Source of the DNA: a plasmid
Sequence record: CP071152.1
Reading direction: 5' to 3' (one strand)
Length of the DNA stretch: 64,000 bases
Shown here: one piece after another, positions 10,111 to 19,827 of the stretch
Position numbering within the stretch: the stretch's first letter is position 1
Layout: the number at the start of each line of letters is the position of its first letter
Position numbers and translations under genes: made by a program
Notes under the pieces: model-generated
Told to the model about the DNA's origin: nothing
Database searches by the model: none
The model's input: the letters and a program-made list of their open reading frames with translations, nothing else

Positions 10111-11361
10111 TCATCCGTTCGGCTCGCAATGCTCACACCACCAACCTCGAACCCCCTTCCCCTTGTCACCACCGCAGTGCGGACAATCGTTACTGCGGTC
10201 ACGCGGGGGATCGGGGTCTTCTGCCCAATCGGTCCAGTGCCTACTGGCATAGCGAGCCTGCCCATACTGATAACGGCTGGTGGCAACCGACGCGGGCTTG
10301 GGACTACGCGACTGCACGCAGAGCTCGCGGTAGCAGAAACCCTGTTCATCGAGGCCGCTGTTGTTGGGGGGAAGCCGACAGTAGCGGCAGTATCCCAAGG
10401 ACATTGATCCCTGTGGTTGGGGCGTGACAGTGGGTGCGGCGTCCGGCGGCGGCGCTCTATCCATGATAGATTGTTCGCGCTCTTCACGCAGCAGGGCCTC
10501 TTCCTTCATGCGCTGGAGTTCTACTGGATCCCGCGCCCGCCGTTCACGTTCCAGTCGCTCTTGCTTCTGCTTCTTTCGCCAAGCCCAAATCCGATCTTGT
10601 TTAGCGCGTTCTTCCCGCTGCCGCGCCTCCAACTCCTGTTGCCACTGTGCCTGACGCTCAGCTTGACGCTCTGCCTCCTGCTGCTCACGGGCCAGCTTCT
10701 CGGCCTGCCACTGAGCCAATTTGTGCTGATCGTGGGGATGATATATCCAGGAAAGGCAACTGCTTTGCTGCGACAGGAGGGTGAACACCCAGGAGATGGT
10801 ATCCATGCCTTCCGGGCGCTCATCGGAGTTGAGGTGCCACGCGAACTCGGCGTAATCCACGGCCAGCACACCACAGCCGGGGTGCTGGGCGACGAACTGA
10901 TCTAGCCAGTGTGGGGTCAGGGGATCCTCCACTGCCGGGAAGTGCAGGGCAAGATGATGTTTTGGACTATTCACCACCTGGAAGAGACCGGCTGCGGTAC
11001 CTTGGCTGGTGGCTTGAGGAACATGGCGGACAATGATACCCGAGCGTCGTTCTGAAACCTGCCTGCGCTCGTTGCCAAACGGGAGGGTGCGGGATGGCGT
11101 GCTGATGGAGGTCAGGGTATCGAGCCGGGAGAGCAGCATCAGCCGGACGCTGGTCTCGAAGGCCAGCTTACAATCCTTGCCGCTATCATCGTGATGAGCA
11201 AAATAGTGAGTTCTCTTCTCCCCCTTCCTCGCAACCAGAAGGGCATTGCAGCTCGGGCAGCGACATCCACAACGGAGTCCGCGATCGACTTCATCTACCG
11301 AGACAATGGCCCCTGTGCTTACCTGGATGGCGAAGGGGATTTTTACACCTGAATCGAACAT
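10111..11361 (-). CDS. CoiA-like (competence protein CoiA family) putative nuclease with charged coiled coil and C-terminal zinc ribbons
   Basis: N-terminus ...GLRCGCRCPSCNALLVARKGEKRTHYFAHH matches the CoiA-family C-x2-C...HFAH signature. An ER/K/Q-rich helix runs from about aa 215-290. Zinc ribbons CRYCR...C and CPHCGG...CEHCEP follow. Confidence 0.55.
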   Translation of the reverse strand: MFDSGVKIPFAIQVSTGAIVSVDEVDRGLRCGCRCPSCNALLVARKGEKRTHYFAHHDDSGKDCKLAFETSVRLMLLSRLDTLTSISTPSRTLPFGNERRQVSERRSGIIVRHVPQATSQGTAAGLFQVVNSPKHHLALHFPAVEDPLTPHWLDQFVAQHPGCGVLAVDYAEFAWHLNSDERPEGMDTISWVFTLLSQQSSCLSWIYHPHDQHKLAQWQAEKLAREQQEAERQAERQAQWQQELEARQREERAKQDRIWAWRKKQKQERLERERRARDPVELQRMKEEALLREEREQSIMDRAPPPDAAPTVTPQPQGSMSLGYCRYCRLPPNNSGLDEQGFCYRELCVQSRSPKPASVATSRYQYGQARYASRHWTDWAEDPDPPRDRSNDCPHCGGDKGKGVRGWWCEHCEPNG

Positions 11362-11384
11362 CTAGTCCTCGAAGGAGATCCGCA

Positions 11385-11795
11385 CTACCAATCGGAGTCT
11401 AAACCGCCGCCAATACTCCCAGAACCCATGTCTAATGATCCGTCGAAGCTGTTGAAGCTGTCGAACGAACTGCCAGCAGATATATCCGCCCAATCGTCGT
11501 TGCAGTAACTCTGGATAGGTTCTTCGTGGTTGTCATACAACGGACTCATGGCGTTATCGAACATGTTGTCCCGGTGCATCATCGCGGCGTCAAAATCATC
11601 GTCCATCGAAGTGCGTTCATGCCGTACCTTCTCGTCGAAGAAGTTGGAGAAGTCGTCGTTATTGAGCCAGTCGTTGAGCCATTCTTCGTCAGTCATGCTG
11701 CTGCGCGACTTATTCTCAGCCCTTTGGGCAACCGCTGGTGGGTCGGTGAGCTGGCTGTCTACGAGGGTGTAGGCCTTTGTGAGCAACGAGAACAT
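11385..11795 (-). CDS. acidic D/S/F-rich hypothetical protein
   Basis: RBS ggag before ATG MFSLLTKAY. It lies 23 nt upstream of the CoiA-like gene on the same strand. Confidence 0.45.
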   Translation of the reverse strand: MFSLLTKAYTLVDSQLTDPPAVAQRAENKSRSSMTDEEWLNDWLNNDDFSNFFDEKVRHERTSMDDDFDAAMMHRDNMFDNAMSPLYDNHEEPIQSYCNDDWADISAGSSFDSFNSFDGSLDMGSGSIGGGLDSDW

Positions 11796-11817
11796 GGCTG
11801 ACTCCTTAACTGCTAGA

Positions 11818-12054
11818 TCACACTTCGGTGGAACCAATCCACTCCATACCAAGATAGGCGTCGGCGCAGGCCCGCTCGGGCAAGCCCAGATGCAGGTCGC
11901 AGAGCTGCTGGTGTGTCCAACCGCCTTCCGGTGCCGGGAACTCGATGGGCGGATAATCGGACACCGATTGCACGATGATGCGCAGGGTTTGGGTGGCCAA
12001 TGAAGGGGTCAGCAGCTCTGGCTCATTGCCTTGTACGTCGGTGATGAAGTGCAT
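11818..12054 (-). CDS. hypothetical small protein (first gene of the CoiA-like operon)
   Basis: 78-aa ORF. Its promoter region carries paired inverted repeats. Confidence 0.35.
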   Translation of the reverse strand: MHFITDVQGNEPELLTPSLATQTLRIIVQSVSDYPPIEFPAPEGGWTHQQLCDLHLGLPERACADAYLGMEWIGSTEV

Positions 12055-12107
12055 GTTGTACCTCGCGGTTCATGAGCGGGTGGCTCGCGGCGGAAAAAAC
12101 AACTTTG

Positions 12108-12171
12108 ATTTATTACACCTGTATTTATTATACTAAACCCTGATGCCGATGCAATTTTTACAGGTGTAATA
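12108..12171. promoter_or_regulatory. divergent promoter/operator: TTATTACACCTGTA ... TACAGGTGTAATAA inverted repeat pair
   Basis: The 14-bp arms are perfectly complementary and about 36 bp apart, between divergently oriented genes. Confidence 0.55.
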
Positions 12172-12172
12172 A

Positions 12173-12397
12173 ATGCAAGAATCTGACAGCAATCGGAGGC
12201 GTGGTGCCCCCCATAAACCCGATGAGATGAAGCGCACGGCCCGGTTGGGCGCGGTCCAGCTCACGGAAGAACAGCTGGCTACCTATGAGCTGGTGGCCAA
12301 GATGGAAGGCAAGAGTAAGTCGCAGTGGATAAGGGACACTCTGGATGCTCGGTGCGAGCTGGCACTGCTCTTTGCGAAACAGCCCAAGCCAGAGTGA
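12173..12397 (+). CDS. ribbon-helix-helix (CopG/ParD-like) DNA-binding protein
   Basis: 74 aa. ...GKSKSQWIRDTLDAR fits the RHH recognition-strand pattern. Confidence 0.5.
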   Translation: MQESDSNRRRGAPHKPDEMKRTARLGAVQLTEEQLATYELVAKMEGKSKSQWIRDTLDARCELALLFAKQPKPE

Positions 12398-12551
12398 ACC
12401 CCAGAGCCGTCGCTCCCACGGGCAGGCCACGGGTTCCTTCAAGGACTGGCAGATGAGTAGCCATGTTCGCAGTCTAGCGGCATGGTCTGACAGGTTGCGG
12501 TGTGGGCGAACGCCCTCTGTGCCGGTGAGCAAGATTTGGATTAGGTAACCG

Positions 12552-13367
12552 TCAAATAAGCGGTAGAGACACCTCACCTACCTCGACAAGCGATCCGTTC
12601 TCCCACGGTATGACGGCCACCTGCCGGTCTTTGACTATCTGGATGTAGCCGCCTTGAATTTTGTCGATGTCACGGGCTGAGAAACCGACCAGCGATATAT
12701 AGGGGGAGCCGCCTCTCAGGAACTTCTTTACCTTTGCATATTCGTCCTTTCCCGTGGCGATGAAATAGATGTGCTCGCCTTCGGTCACCATGTCAGGGGA
12801 GTCAGGGTTTTGCGTGTATTTGCACACGAGGTCGATGTCACCCACATCAGGAGCAGTGGTGATGAGGCTGCCGTAGAGCCACACATCCTGAACCCAGACG
12901 TATGGCTCGCAGGCATTCCACTCCTCCACCCGCTCAAGGAACTCTTCGAGCTTTTGCACTGCCTTGGCCCGAGGCAATCGCTTGATGAGCTTGTGGCGAC
13001 TCAGCTCAGCGCCTTTGGCTGTTACCTGATACCAAGCAAAGCCATTGTGATCGGTTATTCCCATCACTGTGAGATAACCCTCATCAAGCATTTTCTGGAT
13101 GAGGTCGGGCGCGAGGGCAACCGCATTGGGATTCAGTTCGGTCAGGGAATACCCCATACCGCATCGCTGCTTCTCCTTGGTCAACACTATCTCGCCAATG
13201 GAGCGAACCTCCGTGACATAGTTTATGTCGTCGGTAGGGTACATCTGAGCGTAGTGGCGCAACCGCTTCACCAGATCGCGACCTGTCTTGAGGTCGAGCC
13301 CGAAAATTTTGCTCTTGGGGTCAATCGTCAGTCCCATGATCTCACCTGCTGTGGGATGAAAAGTCAT
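12552..13367 (-). CDS. nucleotidyltransferase-fold (pol-beta superfamily) protein with N-terminal extension
   Basis: RBS gggggaa before ATG MTFHPTAGE. Minimal NTase motif LYGSLITTAPDVGDIDLV (GS...DxD) sits in the C-terminal half. Confidence 0.45.
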   Translation of the reverse strand: MTFHPTAGEIMGLTIDPKSKIFGLDLKTGRDLVKRLRHYAQMYPTDDINYVTEVRSIGEIVLTKEKQRCGMGYSLTELNPNAVALAPDLIQKMLDEGYLTVMGITDHNGFAWYQVTAKGAELSRHKLIKRLPRAKAVQKLEEFLERVEEWNACEPYVWVQDVWLYGSLITTAPDVGDIDLVCKYTQNPDSPDMVTEGEHIYFIATGKDEYAKVKKFLRGGSPYISLVGFSARDIDKIQGGYIQIVKDRQVAVIPWENGSLVEVGEVSLPLI

Positions 13368-13717
13368 AAAGTTATTCCCCCCAACTAGGGATACATCGTA
13401 GAGGCTTCCAAGTTGTAATTTCCATTGAATGCCCCTCTTTCCGGGGCTTTTCTTGACCTTAATCATCGAGAAGCTACTCCATAATTAAACATTTCATGTA
13501 GGGACAATGTGACGATAGATTGTAGTGTAAGCAGGGCAAGCAGCTGGCTTTCCATGAAAGCTGAGTAGCTTGAGCAGAGGGGGCAAAATGCTGATGTTCG
13601 AGGAAGCTGAACTACACCGACGGTGTGCATTCTCGTCCAATAGACTACTGATGTGGCTTGCCACCTTTTTAAAGTTGTGACCACTTGATTACGTTACTTG
13701 GGGAGATAGGTGATGGA

Positions 13718-15118
13718 ATGTTCGTAACTGTCAAAGCCCGTGTTTATACCGATGTCACGGGTGCCTACACTGAGCTCCCCGCCTTGCTGACGCCGGCGGG
13801 AGTGCTGGAGTCGTTGCTTGACTACTGCCTCTATCGCAGCCACGACCGCAGTCTCACCTGGATGTCGAAGGTGAGCCGCTCTGTGCGGATGTTTCTTGAA
13901 TATCTCCAGACCAACCCTGCCGAGCGTGATACCTACCACCTGTTCCAGAATTTCGCTCAGCGGCTCTACTCCGGCACCTTCGACCGTGAGATAGGGCTCG
14001 ACCCCAGCGGGCTCTGCTGGGCGCCGCGGTCGCCGCAGGACGCCTCACACATCATCACCCACCTATCCGACTTCTTCGACTGGTTGGGCGAAATGCGTCC
14101 CGCATCGGCACAGGTCAATCCGCGCTACGCCGGTGGAGCTTTCGACCGGCAAACCGATGAAGCTGCCTACCAGTATCGGCGCAGCAAAGCGTTCTTAGGA
14201 CATACCTGGGCGGCCAATGCGTCACCGAGCCAGACCAGGCATCGAATTAGAGGGCGGCGTCTGCCTAAGGTTGAACGCGGCGAGCCGCCAGCCTTTCCGG
14301 AGGCGCGTTTCGAGGAGCTCCTGGTTAAGGGATTCTGTGCTGCCGGACGCCAGGATTATCGGGGCATGCTTATCACCTTGTTATTGCACGGAGCTGGCTT
14401 CCGAGAGTCGGAGCCTTTCCACCTGTACATTCAGGATGTGTTGCCTGACCCTGCCAACCCAAATCAGGCCCTGGTTCGCATCCACCATCCAAGTCATGGT
14501 GCTGCGCCAGCTGATTGGCGTGACGCGCAAGGACGCCCCCGCAAGGGCAATCGGGCGGAGTACCTCTCCCAGCAGTTTGGTCTGGCCCCTCGCACAGATC
14601 TTCTAGACCGTCGTCATGCTGGCTGGAAAGGCGGCATGCATGATGGGGCCTATTACAAGCAGGCGTACTGGCTCCTGCCGGAGTATGGCGAGTGGTTTCT
14701 ACAGCTGTGGCACCGCTATCTGGAGCAGGTGGCTCGCAGTGAACGCGGCCATCCCTTTGCTTTCATCAATCTCGTCCGCGAGCCTGTCGGTGCCATGTGC
14801 ACACTCAACCAGTACAACAAGGCCCATGCAGCTGCCTGCGAACGTATCGGCCTCACGGTGAGCAAAGCTCTGGGTACAACGCCGCATGGCCACCGCCACG
14901 CCTACGGTCGCCGACTCATGAACGCCGGTATCGACAAGGCTCTTATCCGTCGCTTTATGCATCACGCCTCCCTGGATAGTCAGGAGGTCTACACGCAAGC
15001 GAATAGCCGCGAGGCCTTGGCTGCATTGGATGTGGCTGCGCAGCGGCTACGAGGCGCGAAGGTGGGAGCTGCCGCTACGCCGAGCCTGTTGCCCGCGGAC
15101 ATCTTATTGAATGACTGA
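13718..15118 (+). CDS. tyrosine recombinase, GmtY-like (first of a recombinase trio)
   Basis: C-terminal HGHRHAYGRRL...IRRFMHHASLDSQEVYTQ gives the H-x-x-R...H...Y catalytic pattern of tyrosine recombinases. Confidence 0.65.
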   Translation: MFVTVKARVYTDVTGAYTELPALLTPAGVLESLLDYCLYRSHDRSLTWMSKVSRSVRMFLEYLQTNPAERDTYHLFQNFAQRLYSGTFDREIGLDPSGLCWAPRSPQDASHIITHLSDFFDWLGEMRPASAQVNPRYAGGAFDRQTDEAAYQYRRSKAFLGHTWAANASPSQTRHRIRGRRLPKVERGEPPAFPEARFEELLVKGFCAAGRQDYRGMLITLLLHGAGFRESEPFHLYIQDVLPDPANPNQALVRIHHPSHGAAPADWRDAQGRPRKGNRAEYLSQQFGLAPRTDLLDRRHAGWKGGMHDGAYYKQAYWLLPEYGEWFLQLWHRYLEQVARSERGHPFAFINLVREPVGAMCTLNQYNKAHAAACERIGLTVSKALGTTPHGHRHAYGRRLMNAGIDKALIRRFMHHASLDSQEVYTQANSREALAALDVAAQRLRGAKVGAAATPSLLPADILLND

Positions 15119-15127
15119 GGATTTGCC

Positions 15128-17725
15128 ATGCCCAATAAGAAGAAAACAACTGCGGCCAGTGTATCTACGCGCCCTGTAACAAGGAAACCAGGGGTAAAGC
15201 GCGTCACGGACACATCCCTCGGCTGGGTTTCACGGGAATATCCGCAGCTCGAACCCTGGCGCATCCTTGCGATGGAGTGGCTAAAAGGGGAAACTCGCGG
15301 GGTCAGTTCGAGACTGCAAGCTCTATCGTCCTTTTTCGAGCGCTACCTTATCCAGCAGAGCCTACCGCTTGACCCGGCAGTGCTGCTGACGCGCGGCACG
15401 GTTCTGCCGGACTATTACCAGACCGCCTGCCCAGATTCGAGGGCTGGCATCACGTACAACAACTGCATCAACTCCTTCCTGCACTTTGTGCTGCTACGTG
15501 AGTTCAGTGTGCCCGGTGATGACGGTCAGCCGGTCATTTCGCAGGCCTTCCGGAACCCAGTGCTCTGGATGTCTAAGGGCGGCTTGCCTTGGCGCGACGA
15601 GAGCGTGCATTCGCCACTACCCTACGGCTACATTGATGAACTGCGCCAGATGTTGGCGGCGGGACCACACTTCCGGGACTGGTTGTGGGCACAAAACGCA
15701 TTGGGTGCAGAAATTGGTCAGCGGGGACCCGGCGCTCCTGACTGGTTCGAGGTAACCGAAGCGCAGATTGACCGGAACGACCCGGATTGCGTCTGGCGTG
15801 AACGCCCAATGCGGAACGGGGCGCGCCTGGAAATGTGGAGCCCGGTGCGCTGGGTCGCACTACTGGTGAAGCTCATACTGCCACTGCGTACTTCTCAGGT
15901 CCGCATGCTCGACTCAGGCGAGGCGGATACCTGGCGCTACGCAGACGGCGTGTGGGCATTGAACCCAAGCCGAATCGCACACGGTAGTGAGCGGCGCCCA
16001 CTACACCAGGGGGTGTTTCGCCGTAGCGCCGCTCTGGCTGATGGCGAGGCGGTTTCGACTGTGCTCTACATCAACACTAACAAGACCGCCGATATCACCA
16101 AGTCAGGCCCCGAGAAAGGCTATGTCCTACCTTGGTCCTCCGGCGGCCCGGCGCATCAGGATGTGTTCTACTGGCTGGAAAAACAGCGTAACTGGCAGGA
16201 AAAATACAATCCGGTATCGCGGCGTACATCTTGGTCTTCACTGGATGGACGCCACATCCAGGCGAAGAGCGAGGTGCAACTCGCAAGCTATCCGGATACT
16301 TGCTTCCTGTTCCGATCGCCGGAAGCCCGTGAGGGTGAACGTTATTTCCCACTTTCGGATAAAGTAATGTTCTCCAGTTGGTTTGCCCTGCTGGAAGCAC
16401 TGGAATGGCGGCTAGCTGACCGAGGTGAGACTCATCGCAATGGCACGAAAATCCGCTTCCTTCCACCGCAAGAAGAGCGGCTCAGCTATCAAAGAACTCT
16501 CTTCCCCTTACACAGTCTGCGCGTCTCCCTCGTCACCGCGCTGGCCCTAGAAGGCCAAGTGCCGTTCCCTATCCTACAAAAGCTCGTCGGACACAGCCGC
16601 CTATTGATGACGCTGTACTACACCAAGCCCGGTGCAACACACATCCGCGACGTATTGCTCGGCGCTGCGGAACGGTTGGAGGCGGCCAAGGAAGAGGGCA
16701 TTCAGACCTTCCTGCTAGACACCGAGTATGGGGTGCTCCTCGAACAGGCTATTTGTAACAGTGTGCCATCTCTGGCTGCCGCTATTCCGCAACATCCCGC
16801 TGCACGTAACCCCGTGGGCTGGATGCCGATGCACCACGGTCTGTGCCTGGTCGGTGGCAACACCAGCGAAGGGGGAGACAATGGAGCTGTGGGCGGCTGC
16901 TACAACGGGGGCGCAATTATTATCAAGAGCACGACAAATGTTAACGCCAAATACGGGCCTGTCCCTGGCGGCAGTCGCAACTGTGTACGCTGTCGTTGGT
17001 TCGTAACTGCTCCGCAGCACCTACCAGCCTTGGCGGCCCACTTCAACACGCTGGCCTACCACTTCGACGAGACGCGCAACGCCTGCCTTGCCCGAGAAAA
17101 CGACCTCCAGGCCCTGAAAAAGGACAGGGCTGAAGCAGAAGCGGCTGGCCAGTCATTCACCCGGCTAGATGCTGTCAGGCAAGCAGAGCGGCTTTGGGAG
17201 AGCACCATGAGGCGCTTTAGTGATTCGGCGGAAGACCTGGTTGCCTGCTGGCGGCTCATCGAGCGCTGCAAGGCTCTACTCGAATCGCGCACTGGCGACA
17301 GCACGCAATTGGTGGCGGCTGGCACGTTATGCGATGTGCAGGCCGTCTTCGAGGAAACCGAGTCGGAGCTTCTGCAACTGGCTGGTGTCTGTGAGAGCGT
17401 CGAACTCTATCCAGACCTAGAGCCAGGCAAGGCGGTGTTTCGACGCAGCCAGTTGCTGGATACCGTCCTCTACCGCGACAAGTTGCCTCCTGTGTTCATG
17501 CTGCTGAGCGAACAGGAACAACTCCTCGCTGGTAACGCCTTTATGCGCCACCTAGCGCAGCAGATGAACCCGTCGAATCCGGCGATCGGCCAACGTGAAG
17601 TTATTCGTCTGATGGATGCCGGTGAGCGTCTCAGTGCATACCTAGATCTCAACCTTGCAGCGCAGTTGCCTACATCCCGTCACACCGCCGCGTTCCGGTC
17701 CGGGCCGACCCTGAAATGGAATTAA
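15128..17725 (+). CDS. large tyrosine-recombinase-domain protein, GmtZ-like
   Basis: 865 aa. ...LHSLRVSLVTALALEG...LVGHSRLLMTLYYTK (HxLR...GH...Y). RBS tgagga. It sits 9 nt after the first recombinase. Confidence 0.6.
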   Translation: MPNKKKTTAASVSTRPVTRKPGVKRVTDTSLGWVSREYPQLEPWRILAMEWLKGETRGVSSRLQALSSFFERYLIQQSLPLDPAVLLTRGTVLPDYYQTACPDSRAGITYNNCINSFLHFVLLREFSVPGDDGQPVISQAFRNPVLWMSKGGLPWRDESVHSPLPYGYIDELRQMLAAGPHFRDWLWAQNALGAEIGQRGPGAPDWFEVTEAQIDRNDPDCVWRERPMRNGARLEMWSPVRWVALLVKLILPLRTSQVRMLDSGEADTWRYADGVWALNPSRIAHGSERRPLHQGVFRRSAALADGEAVSTVLYINTNKTADITKSGPEKGYVLPWSSGGPAHQDVFYWLEKQRNWQEKYNPVSRRTSWSSLDGRHIQAKSEVQLASYPDTCFLFRSPEAREGERYFPLSDKVMFSSWFALLEALEWRLADRGETHRNGTKIRFLPPQEERLSYQRTLFPLHSLRVSLVTALALEGQVPFPILQKLVGHSRLLMTLYYTKPGATHIRDVLLGAAERLEAAKEEGIQTFLLDTEYGVLLEQAICNSVPSLAAAIPQHPAARNPVGWMPMHHGLCLVGGNTSEGGDNGAVGGCYNGGAIIIKSTTNVNAKYGPVPGGSRNCVRCRWFVTAPQHLPALAAHFNTLAYHFDETRNACLARENDLQALKKDRAEAEAAGQSFTRLDAVRQAERLWESTMRRFSDSAEDLVACWRLIERCKALLESRTGDSTQLVAAGTLCDVQAVFEETESELLQLAGVCESVELYPDLEPGKAVFRRSQLLDTVLYRDKLPPVFMLLSEQEQLLAGNAFMRHLAQQMNPSNPAIGQREVIRLMDAGERLSAYLDLNLAAQLPTSRHTAAFRSGPTLKWN

Positions 17726-17727
17726 TC

Positions 17728-18387
17728 ATGAGTAAAACAACAGATATTCACCCTGACGTCGTGTTGGAGTCGCTGCTTGCCAAGGCTGAGCGCTCGAACC
17801 GTCGAAACAACCTCATCAAGATGCATGAACTGTGTCGCAAGCAGCACGAGGTTGGGTCGCGTGACTTCTCCGTGTCAACCATCGGCCGTCTGGCTGAGGC
17901 CGATGGCATCATGAAAGGCCGTGCGCTCTACAACACCCAATCCGCCGACTACAAGGCTCTCATAGAGGTCTGGGCTGCTTACGCAGGTCCACCTGCCCCC
18001 AAGCCCACCAAGACGCTGGCCAGCCACGACTACCTGATGCGCATCGATGATCCGGCCATTCGTTCTATCATGCAGGCCATCGTCACAGAGCGTGACAAAC
18101 TCAAGGCGCAGCTCAACACCCTCAAGGCACACACACTGGTGAACGTGGACCGGCGGCCGTTAGGGGCAACTGTCACGTCCGCGACTGGCACGCCGGTGGT
18201 TGTGCTTAAATTGTCCGCACAACTGACTCCATCTGAACGCGAGGCACTACAGAAAGCGGTGTCAGCAGACTACCTCGAAGATCGGGGTTTGAAGGAAGGC
18301 AGCCACGGTGAAATCGTTAACGAGCGCGGTCGCACAATATTCGAGGTTGGCTTTGCTTGGGCAATTCGCAAGGTGTTGGGTGACTGA
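17728..18387 (+). CDS. small third protein of the recombinase trio (GmtX-like)
   Basis: ATG overlaps the upstream stop (TAATCATG). About 220 aa with no recognisable catalytic motif. Its size and position fit GMT or Tn554 TnpC-like accessory proteins. Confidence 0.45.
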   Translation: MSKTTDIHPDVVLESLLAKAERSNRRNNLIKMHELCRKQHEVGSRDFSVSTIGRLAEADGIMKGRALYNTQSADYKALIEVWAAYAGPPAPKPTKTLASHDYLMRIDDPAIRSIMQAIVTERDKLKAQLNTLKAHTLVNVDRRPLGATVTSATGTPVVVLKLSAQLTPSEREALQKAVSADYLEDRGLKEGSHGEIVNERGRTIFEVGFAWAIRKVLGD

Positions 18388-18735
18388 CCCTTTGTGGGAG
18401 AGCAATAGATAATCATATTGAGAATTAAAGTACCATACTAAAATGGCAGTGCTCTCATCGGTACGCTGCCTTTTCTAAAACGTTCATACCCCAAAACCAT
18501 TCAGAGAAAATACTCATTCATTACCTGTTAGTGTGACTTTACCTTATAAAAGGTGATCTGAAAGTGTGTAGTGGGTTTCTGTCGTATTAGATGGTTTGAC
18601 TGCATTCTAATTCATGGGCTTTTGATTCAAGTGATGGAATAATTGTAAATTGCAAGCATATGAAATATGGCGCATCATGTGTGTGGAAGGTTACTCTGCG
18701 CCGTATAGGTAGGCATACAAAACTGGAGAGTGCTA

Positions 18736-19785
18736 ATGCTTGTAAAGTATTATGGTTTGGTTTTCGTTCATAGAACCAATCGTTGGTCACCAAGAGTAGA
18801 ATTTATATCAAACGGTTTATTTCGCATGACTCAGCCTAAATACCTTAATGATAAAGGGAGCGAGGCGAGACTATGGCCATATTTTAATGAGTTTTCACCT
18901 GCAGATTATGCATGGGCCAAAAAAGAACATGATAAAATGCAAACCGATCCTTCCTATGTCCCATCAAATGAAGAATTAGAAAACTTCTTTCTAAAACCGT
19001 GTGGCTCGCGCTATGGAGACCATTTCCCGCATATGCTAGATCAAGAAGGCTTCAACTCAATGGAAGATTATGATCGGGAGCAATTGACTCAAGCGGCTGA
19101 AAGAGTCAACTCATTTTTAGTGGAGGCATTAAGCTGCCAGTTAGGCATTTTATCTCTTTCAAAGTCTGACACAAATGAACTTATGTGGACATATTATGCT
19201 AGCGAAGGTAAGGGACTAGCTGTTACTTTCAATGAGAATCATGCATTTTTCAACCAGCTTCCCCCGAAAGATGTTAGTTATACTCCAGATAAAAGAGCTT
19301 CTCTTACATATTATAAAGGTATGATACGAATAAATGGTGCTCCGATAAAAAGCTTCCATGCTGCAGATTTAGGTAATCCATTAGGAGTTATGCGCTCTCT
19401 TAGTAGCAATGGTATTGATATAGTTGATTTTTCGGATCGACTGCTATATTCGAAAGCCAAACAATGGTCTTTTGAAGATGAGACTAGAATTGTATGCCCC
19501 CTTATGTTATGTGAAGAGAAAGTAGGGCCACTAGTACAACCAGACTTTGGAGTTGAATTACCTAATGAACTCTCCCCAATGTTCAAGAGCTACTCTGAGG
19601 TCAATCTAAAACGAATACCATTCGAGGCATTTGAGTCTATCATTTTTGGTTACAGTATGAGTGAATTAGACAAGTCTACTATCACTGAACTGGTAAGGAA
19701 AAATGAAAACTTGTCCCATATAAAGTTACGCATAGCCAAACACAATATTTATGGCAACATTGAGATCAATGATCTCGTTGTGTAA
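18736..19785 (+). CDS. DUF2971-like protein (defence-island associated family)
   Basis: RBS ggagag before the ATG. LVKYYGL...ISNGLFRMTQPKYLNDKGSE and ILSLSKSDTNELMWTYYASEGKGLAVTF match my recollection of DUF2971 conserved blocks. The region is strongly AT-rich. Confidence 0.5.
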   Translation: MLVKYYGLVFVHRTNRWSPRVEFISNGLFRMTQPKYLNDKGSEARLWPYFNEFSPADYAWAKKEHDKMQTDPSYVPSNEELENFFLKPCGSRYGDHFPHMLDQEGFNSMEDYDREQLTQAAERVNSFLVEALSCQLGILSLSKSDTNELMWTYYASEGKGLAVTFNENHAFFNQLPPKDVSYTPDKRASLTYYKGMIRINGAPIKSFHAADLGNPLGVMRSLSSNGIDIVDFSDRLLYSKAKQWSFEDETRIVCPLMLCEEKVGPLVQPDFGVELPNELSPMFKSYSEVNLKRIPFEAFESIIFGYSMSELDKSTITELVRKNENLSHIKLRIAKHNIYGNIEINDLVV

Positions 19786-19827
19786 GATGCTACTTTATTA
19801 GCAGAAATTTATCATATTTGAGGTGCT

